Shown here one piece after another: positions 58,801 to 64,000 of a stretch of DNA of 64,000 nucleotides. Source of the DNA: Candidatus Spongiisociaceae bacterium (lineage in GTDB: Bacteria > Actinomycetota > Acidimicrobiia > Spongiisociales > Spongiisociaceae); the NCBI GenBank assembly GCA_965202665.1, contig OZ241841.1, positions 2,112,001 to 2,176,000 on the forward strand, given 5' to 3'. The notes beneath the pieces are model-generated. The model had not been told where the DNA came from and made no database searches. It worked only from the letters and a program-made list of their open reading frames with translations. Both the position numbers and the translations under genes were made by a program. Numbering within the stretch: position 1 is the stretch's first letter; each line of letters starts with the position of its first letter.

Positions 58801-60458
58801 TGATAATCCCGGCGGGGGAGGAAACCGGGTCGGGGACCTTCAACTTAACAATTACCGATGACAAGGTGGTGGATGTTACTCCGGAAACCATTACCGTGTC
58901 TGGTAGTACAACTCGTTCCGGATTGTCGGTCACCGGGGATACCATCACTATTAATTCCGATAACGACGTTGTCAGTGCGATCGCATTGAGCGTGGATACT
59001 GACACCGCAACGACAAACAAAGAGACTACAATCAACGAAGATAGTGATGAAAACAAAATCGAAATAACCGCTTCTTTAGGGGAGTTTAGTTTTGAAGGTT
59101 CATCTACTACTGTTGGCGTTACAATAGCAAGTGGAACTGCAACGATAAAATCGACGGATAACTCGGAATACGACTTTGCTGTGGACAGCAGTTCGCTTAA
59201 TATAACTATACCTGCTGGTACATCAAGCGGTTCAACTACATTTGATATTGTTACTAATAATGATCGTAAACTGGAAACGGTTACTTCAGGCTCCGGGGAG
59301 ACTATATTGATATCAGGTACTCTATCTGCCAATCCTGGTTTCAGCGTTACGGGAGCTACCATTGAAATTATTGACAATGAAGTGGCGGACTTGTTACCTG
59401 GTAGATGTAATGGAACTTATGTAACCAATACCGCACTATCCGATTTGGTCAAAGATTGCAAGATACTGATTGGTCTGAGGAATGCTTGGAGCCCTAATCT
59501 GTCTGACAGTCACCCTCTCAGAACTTGGGGAAATGGTGATAATACGGCCATCACAAGTTGGAGCGGTGTCACCATTTCCAATAACAGAGTAGGCGGGTTG
59601 GCTTTAGCAGGCAGTAGCACAAATGGATTTATAGAGGGTACAATCCCTATTAATTTATGGAAAATAAGTAAGCTGACTAATATCGATTTTTCTAATAATA
59701 ATTTGAGCGGAGAGATTCCCGTTCCCATTACTAAGTTACGTGGCCTTACCGCTTTAGATTTGTCTAATAATAGTTTAACTGGAGAAATTCCTGTTCGGTT
59801 TAGGATTTTGAGTAATCTTCGAACGTTAGATCTTTCCGGTAATATGTTGACAGGATCTATTCCTAGCCATCTTGGGGCTTTGACCAATCTCACTAGCCTG
59901 AAAATATCTAATAATCTGCTGTCCGGATCGATTCCTAATCGTATAGCTTCTCTGGTTAAGACATCGAATCAAGGTTTGAAGACCTTTTTCTTTTGCGATA
60001 ATAATCTTGAAGGGACGTGGCATACAAAACTTCAAAGAATAACATCGGATCTTAAGATGTCGGATTATGTCAACGATATTGACGTATGTCGTAGGTCTAT
60101 TGACTTAACCTTCGATAATCCGAGTGCTACTACCATACAAATAGGTGAGGGCAGTGGAACCGTAACAGTGACAGTTAAGGCTACCTTACATACATATAAA
60201 ACTACTCCGCCCAACGAGGATATCACAGTGAAAATAACCGTGGCAGGAGATTCGGCAACATCACCAGGCGATTTTACTGTGGATAAAACGGAGTTCAACG
60301 TGACAATAGAGAAAGACCAAATCAACAAAACGGCTACCTTTAGAATTACACTTGTAGATGATAATAGTGTTGAAGGGACTGAGAAGGTAAGTATATCTGG
60401 TGAATCTGATGGTTATGCGGTGAATGACACAGAGTTAGAGGTGACGGATAATGACTAA
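55872..60458 (+). CDS. Giant secreted protein with Calx-beta-like repeats and a plant-type LRR domain
   Basis: Signal peptide ending SPA-QE; about ten modules with DY...DD..EG.ETITV; LRRs LxxLDLSxNxLxGxIP at ~59.6-60.0 kb. Confidence 0.85.
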   Translation: MTTSETAQGAMMEGVHRPMPALAPKLFWFLVAVAVGATLLLAAPPSPAQETTPETAPATPTITLSVNQTSVTESSSNISISVTATASEAVSSPTTVMVEIGRNDDSAMRGTDYAYVAPFHIIIASGGMTGTSSFNLASTDDNVAGEGSETITVSGTVAGFTVNGTSITLADADTAVTLSVDSSRAAESSGDIPMTVKATVAVALSSNLDITVSVGSNRDTAVSGTDYKEIGDVVITLLEGQTEISTILNLADTDDNIAGEGSEFLTITGSSSDSDFIFGSASFILTDADSLPSGITLTADTNSRISGLQQNIEEGNGTVTVTVTASFPANYSTVLAYDVKIRITGGSSSDSASPGADYRLPAGYVTIKAGSTSSVDTAFTLTVIDDNYAGEGDEILTLSGSHATFTVTNTTLTIKDNDEKSTTINLSVTGNGVEGESKKITVTGSFPAGSAVLVSNTSVSITFAGTADSRGDFITILPKTLNIASGQSSSSVSFNLTAKEDTVVEGAEIINVTGTATDFSINGSKITILDNDLVLSIDTDANTAGNQNTIDEDSGTATVMITAKFLGSGTLAKSTAVSITVGKDSDSATKGSTKDYTITSSLPAITIPAGSSQVSATFTFSINNDTEHEKDETITIVGGATGFVIGDVEMNIRDNDIGLSISPESTYEFAQNVEFEVTAELPYGTAPAGGITIGVVIGKSSDSATTNYYKVVGDDFTLTIPHTKAKGSIRFRLNLTEDDTIIGPEKISVYAKFQDSDTINSSKYGIDETYIRIVNYTRIPISLSIRGRGTGSLTEVDEGSDNRMWLQMRVNGTPSVPHRVPLSYRGSATYRNSSSSVRDPLEDFTTVEPILWLARFSSISTIEFNLNDDDLAEGPEEFSVRAIFGSYFFISNTIRILDNDVAPDTVSLSVDLDKDTEGNQDIIGEGDATVEVKVTASLPTGSNAFGSNTTITVMVEGKGTIGKAEATDFTTVDNFDVIIPAGEETGSGTFNLTITDDKVVDVTPETITVSGSTTRSGLSVTGDTITINSDNDVVSAIALSVDTDTATTNKETTINEDSDENKIEITASLGEFSFEGSSTTVGVTIASGTATIKSTDNSEYDFAVDSSSLNITIPAGTSSGSTTFDIVTNNDRKLETVTSGSGETILISGTLSANPGFSVTGATIEIIDNEVADLLPGRCNGTYVTNTALSDLVKDCKILIGLRNAWSPNLSDSHPLRTWGNGDNTAITSWSGVTISNNRVGGLALAGSSTNGFIEGTIPINLWKISKLTNIDFSNNNLSGEIPVPITKLRGLTALDLSNNSLTGEIPVRFRILSNLRTLDLSGNMLTGSIPSHLGALTNLTSLKISNNLLSGSIPNRIASLVKTSNQGLKTFFFCDNNLEGTWHTKLQRITSDLKMSDYVNDIDVCRRSIDLTFDNPSATTIQIGEGSGTVTVTVKATLHTYKTTPPNEDITVKITVAGDSATSPGDFTVDKTEFNVTIEKDQINKTATFRITLVDDNSVEGTEKVSISGESDGYAVNDTELEVTDND

Positions 60459-63400
60459 GTTTACGGCTTCTGTGTTTGGTAGGTTGCTTCTTGCCTCTTT
60501 GGCGGTTGTTGGGTTTCTTGCCCTAATGGCCGGTTCTTCGGCTTTGGCCCAGGAGTTGGGGACGGAGCCAGTTATTAGGTTGAGTATCAGCCCGGGGAGC
60601 GTTACCGAGGGAGAGAATTATTCGCTGATAACGGTAACTGCCTCGTCTGACGTGTCGGTGCCGGAAGATACACGTGTTTCGGTATTTGCTATCGGCCTAA
60701 CCTCCGTCGAGGAATTAGATTTTATATCTTCATCACTAGAATTAGTTATTCCCCAATATAGCAATAGAATCTCTGAACTTTTGCTCTTAGACATCGTTGA
60801 TGATGATGATATTGAAGGAACAGAGATTATAACTGTTGTGGGCATAGCTAGCGGGTTTACGGTTGAAGGCGATGACATTCAGATCATAGATAATGATATT
60901 TCAACATTTAGCTCTTCTACGCCTTTTGCTATTGCTGAATCTCGAAATAATGACTTTTCAACCTCTAGTTCGTCCGACCTCTTTACTTTTTCTGATTCTC
61001 AGAATGATGATGCGGAGATTCCGGTTGCTACCTCCACTACAGAAACAACTCGTACTTTCCCAACTATGAATAAAACTGGATGTTCCGATGGAACATATGT
61101 GACTGATCCTACTATCAATACAGGTTTAGTATCTGACTGCGAAGCCCTGATAGACATAAGAAATCATTGGATCAGTGATCCTGATAATGTCATTTTACCA
61201 ACCAATCATCCCTTGAGAACATGGGGAGGGAACATTCGTAATTGGAAGGGTGTTACAATTAATGCAAAGCAACGTGTAATAGGTTTATCATTCCGAGGGA
61301 CTTGGGGCCTGCGATTCGATTTTAGAAGGAGTGACAGTAAGAAAAATATTGCGGGTACAATACCTCCTGATATTGGCCGACTGACCGAACTAGTGAAACT
61401 GATATTACGGCACAATGATTTGTCGGGTTCTATTCCAGACGAGTTGAAAAATCTCTCAAATCTAGAAATTATTGATTTTGAGGGCAATATTCTTACAGGA
61501 TCCATCCCTATCTGGTTGGATGATTTACCAAATATTAGAATTGTACGATTTGGTCTTAATAAATTATCGGGTAATATTCCGCCTTTGGATAATTTGTTAC
61601 AGATAAGAACTCTTAAATTTCATGATAATAAGCTCTCTGGGAACTTGCCTAGCCTAAGCAACCTTGGTACTCTTGCTAACCGGAGTGTTACGCTCGATTT
61701 TAGTCGTAATAATTTTTCAGGATATATACCAACTAACTGGGGTAACTTAGATATAAATGAATTACTTTTGAGTGGCAACAATTTGTCGGGGACTATCCCT
61801 TCTCAATTTCGTAACTTAGATAAACTAACGACTTTAGCACTACAAAGAAATAATCTTTCGGGTCCTATTCCTAATTGGTTAGGTAATTTACCACTCCACC
61901 ATATTGATCTTTCTCGTAATCAATTTTCTGGGAATATTCCTTCCTCTTTTGCCAGCTTAAATGATCTTAGAGTTTTGTCCCTTCATTATAATAATTTGTC
62001 TGGTGTTATTCCTTCGGGGCTTGGCAAATTAAAAAAATTGGCCCAATTGTCCTTGGGATCAAATCAATTTTCTGGGAATATTCCTTCCTCTTTTGCCAGC
62101 TTGAGTAATATTTTAGGTTTGTTCCTTAATAATAATAATTTGTCTGGTGTTATTCCTTCGGGGCTTGGCAAATTAAGCAATTTGATGTATTTGTCCTTAG
62201 AAGAAAATAATTTGTTTGGTGTTATTCCTTCAGGGCTTGGCGAATTAAATTTATGGACTTTGTCCTTAAATGAAAATTTCTTATATGGAACTATTCCTCC
62301 AGAGCTTGGTAATTTAGCACCTACAAAAGGTGGCAATTTATGGGCCTTTGATTTTTGCAGAAACTATTTTTCAGGATTGTTCCCAGATCCGTTACGTCTT
62401 ATTGCCAAATTAGATGGTGAAAGAGGTCAACAAGGTGATGCTGTTGACTGTCAAAGGGAGTTTGATATTACGTTGGACGTCGGTTCGTCTAATGTAAGTG
62501 AGGGTAGTTCTGCTGTGGTTACGGTGTCCGCTTTATTGAAATCTGGGCAGGTTGCTCCGGCGGGGGGTCGCTCGATTGCGGTTTCGGTTGGAAGATTGGG
62601 GGATTCGGCGACAGAGGGAACCGATTATACGGAAGTGGAGGATTTCACTATCACGATTGCGGCGGGCGCCTCGCGGGGGTCCGGGTCGTTTACTTTGTCG
62701 GCGGCGGATGACGATGTAGCGGAGGGTTCAGAACGGGTGACGGTGTTGGGATCCTCGGGAACGTTGGCCGTTAGGGAGGCGGAGGTTTTCATCAATGATA
62801 ATGATGTTGCCCCTACTGCCATAGTTTTGAGCGTAGATGCCAACGGGGATGGGGAAGGCGCTCCCACTGCGGTACTGGAAGGCTCCATTGACAACACGGT
62901 TAAAGTTACGGCGGCTTTCCCAGAAGGGTCCAAGTTGTTGCCGGAGGATACGGTGGTGTCGGTGTCGGTGTCGGGGGACGGGGGGGCCGGGCGGGCGGAG
63001 GCTGATGATTTCACGGCGGTGGATGATTTTGATGTAACAATCGCCGCCGGGCAGACGAGCGGATCCGCAACCTTCAGCCTGGCCGTCGCCGAAGATGAAG
63101 TGGCGGAAGGGACGGAGGCGATAACCGTGTCCGGAATCACCGACGCCGACGGGTTTGAGACCGTCACCGGGGCGGAGGTTTCCATAACCGACAACGACGC
63201 CGGACCGACCTCCATCACCCTCAGCGTGGACGCCAACGGGGACAAAGCGGGCGCCCCGACCACGGTGGCCGAAGGGGCGAAGGCGGCCACGGTGTCGGTC
63301 ACCGCGTCTTTCCCGGAGGGCTCCAAGATGTTTGAGGAGGACACGGCGGTGACGGTGGCGGTGGGCAAGGAGGGGGATGCGGCGGTGGAAGGTTCCGACT

Positions 63401-64000
63401 ACAGAACGGTACGTGACTTTACGATAACCATTCCCGGCGGGAGCAGAACCGGTTCGGCCTCCTTCCGGTTGAGGGGGACCGATGACGGGGTGGCGGGGGA
63501 AAGCGACGAAAGCCTGACCGTGTCCGGCCTGGCAACCGGCTTCAACGTGTCCGACGCAACTGTTGCCATCACCGACCGGGACGACCCTCCCACCGCCGTC
63601 GGTTTGAGCGTGGACCCGGCCCGCGCTGAAGAAACCAAATCGGATATTTCGGTTACCGTTACCGCCGCTTTCCCGGACGGGTCCAATACTTTGGCCGCCG
63701 ACGCCGCCCTGACCATCTCGGTCGGCGCGGAAGGGGATTTGGCGGCGGAAGGCGCCGACTATGCGGCGGTGGACGATTTCACCGTCGCCATCCCCGCCGG
63801 ACAGAGAAGCGGAACGGGCAAATTCGTCTTGGCGGGCACCGACGACGCAACGGCGGGGGAAGGTTCGGAAACCCTGACCGTATCAGGGGCGGCCAGCGGT
63901 TTCGCCGTGTCGGACGCCTCCTTCACTCTGGCCGACGGCGACGATTCGCCCGCTTCCATCAGTTTGAGCGTCGACCCGGCCAGCCCGGCCGAGCGGGCCT
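60451..64000 (+). CDS. Second giant secreted Calx-beta/LRR protein (3'-truncated by window; absent from the ORF track)
   Basis: ATG 60451 overlaps upstream gene end; MTKFTASVFGRLLLASLAVVGFLALMAGSSALA-QE; I found no in-frame stop in the translated stretches; about 14 LRRs at 61350-62390, then GC-rich Calx-beta-like modules. Confidence 0.88.
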   Translation, partial: MTKFTASVFGRLLLASLAVVGFLALMAGSSALAQELGTEPVIRLSISPGSVTEGENYSLITVTASSDVSVPEDTRVSVFAIGLTSVEELDFISSSLELVIPQYSNRISELLLLDIVDDDDIEGTEIITVVGIASGFTVEGDDIQIIDNDISTFSSSTPFAIAESRNNDFSTSSSSDLFTFSDSQNDDAEIPVATSTTETTRTFPTMNKTGCSDGTYVTDPTINTGLVSDCEALIDIRNHWISDPDNVILPTNHPLRTWGGNIRNWKGVTINAKQRVIGLSFRGTWGLRFDFRRSDSKKNIAGTIPPDIGRLTELVKLILRHNDLSGSIPDELKNLSNLEIIDFEGNILTGSIPIWLDDLPNIRIVRFGLNKLSGNIPPLDNLLQIRTLKFHDNKLSGNLPSLSNLGTLANRSVTLDFSRNNFSGYIPTNWGNLDINELLLSGNNLSGTIPSQFRNLDKLTTLALQRNNLSGPIPNWLGNLPLHHIDLSRNQFSGNIPSSFASLNDLRVLSLHYNNLSGVIPSGLGKLKKLAQLSLGSNQFSGNIPSSFASLSNILGLFLNNNNLSGVIPSGLGKLSNLMYLSLEENNLFGVIPSGLGELNLWTLSLNENFLYGTIPPELGNLAPTKGGNLWAFDFCRNYFSGLFPDPLRLIAKLDGERGQQGDAVDCQREFDITLDVGSSNVSEGSSAVVTVSALLKSGQVAPAGGRSIAVSVGRLGDSATEGTDYTEVEDFTITIAAGASRGSGSFTLSAADDDVAEGSERVTVLGSSGTLAVREAEVFINDNDVAPTAIVLSVDANGDGEGAPTAVLEGSIDNTVKVTAAFPEGSKLLPEDTVVSVSVSGDGGAGRAEADDFTAVDDFDVTIAAGQTSGSATFSLAVAEDEVAEGTEAITVSGITDADGFETVTGAEVSITDNDAGPTSITLSVDANGDKAGAPTTVAEGAKAATVSVTASFPEGSKMFEEDTAVTVAVGKEGDAAVEGSDYRTVRDFTITIPGGSRTGSASFRLRGTDDGVAGESDESLTVSGLATGFNVSDATVAITDRDDPPTAVGLSVDPARAEETKSDISVTVTAAFPDGSNTLAADAALTISVGAEGDLAAEGADYAAVDDFTVAIPAGQRSGTGKFVLAGTDDATAGEGSETLTVSGAASGFAVSDASFTLADGDDSPASISLSVDPASPAERA
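61918..62247 (+). repeat. Nucleotide-identical LRR scaffold repeats (72/144-bp period)
   Basis: 61918-61958 = 62062-62102; 61990-62032 = 62134-62176, with a near-copy at 62206-62247. Confidence 0.9.

Noticed and set aside
61918-62280. Diversity-generating retroelement or CRISPR array behind the periodic repeats
   Set aside because: Repeats are in-frame LRR codons, differences are not adenine-restricted, and there is no reverse transcriptase or cas gene in the window

Overview
High-GC bacterial chromosome segment, most likely Actinomycetota and probably Acidimicrobiia (WhiB, AhpE, UPF0182, F420-PPOX, Thr-rich lipoprotein linkers; taxonomy is inference). 1-26.8 kb is core genome: icd-mdh-HU, sdhCAB, whiB, tatA, a ~300-nt rod-like ncRNA candidate, ahpE, an orphan DNA MTase, HtrA, moaE, an acyl-CoA ligase + Liv-type ABC operon, bioY, a PDZ-Lon protease, a DivIVA/MuF-like protein behind three perfect DnaA boxes, UPF0182 and tRNA-fMet. 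After the tRNA lies a partly AT-rich, internally duplicated island (26.9-34.1 kb). It holds a SAMHD1-like HD dNTPase coupled to a YwgA/Panacea-like domain fused to a TcmP methyltransferase-like domain, a second stand-alone TcmP, a DUF5131 three-Cys protein, gene relics and a small-ORF/hairpin module. This island is the best candidate for an undescribed defence or DNA-modification system. Next are an enolase-superfamily gene and a sulfatase whose candidate start codons overlap head-to-head. A ~19-kb catabolic region follows (SorC regulator, non-canonical thiolase + DUF35, ketose epimerase, DhaK/L, FucI-like isomerase, LacD-like aldolase, nucleoside hydrolase, Zn-dehydrogenase, KARI-like protein, YnjB-like ABC, MFS, acyl-CoA ligase). 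The window ends with two giant secreted Calx-beta/plant-type LRR proteins behind a poly-C promoter. All calls come from motif reading; no database searches were run.
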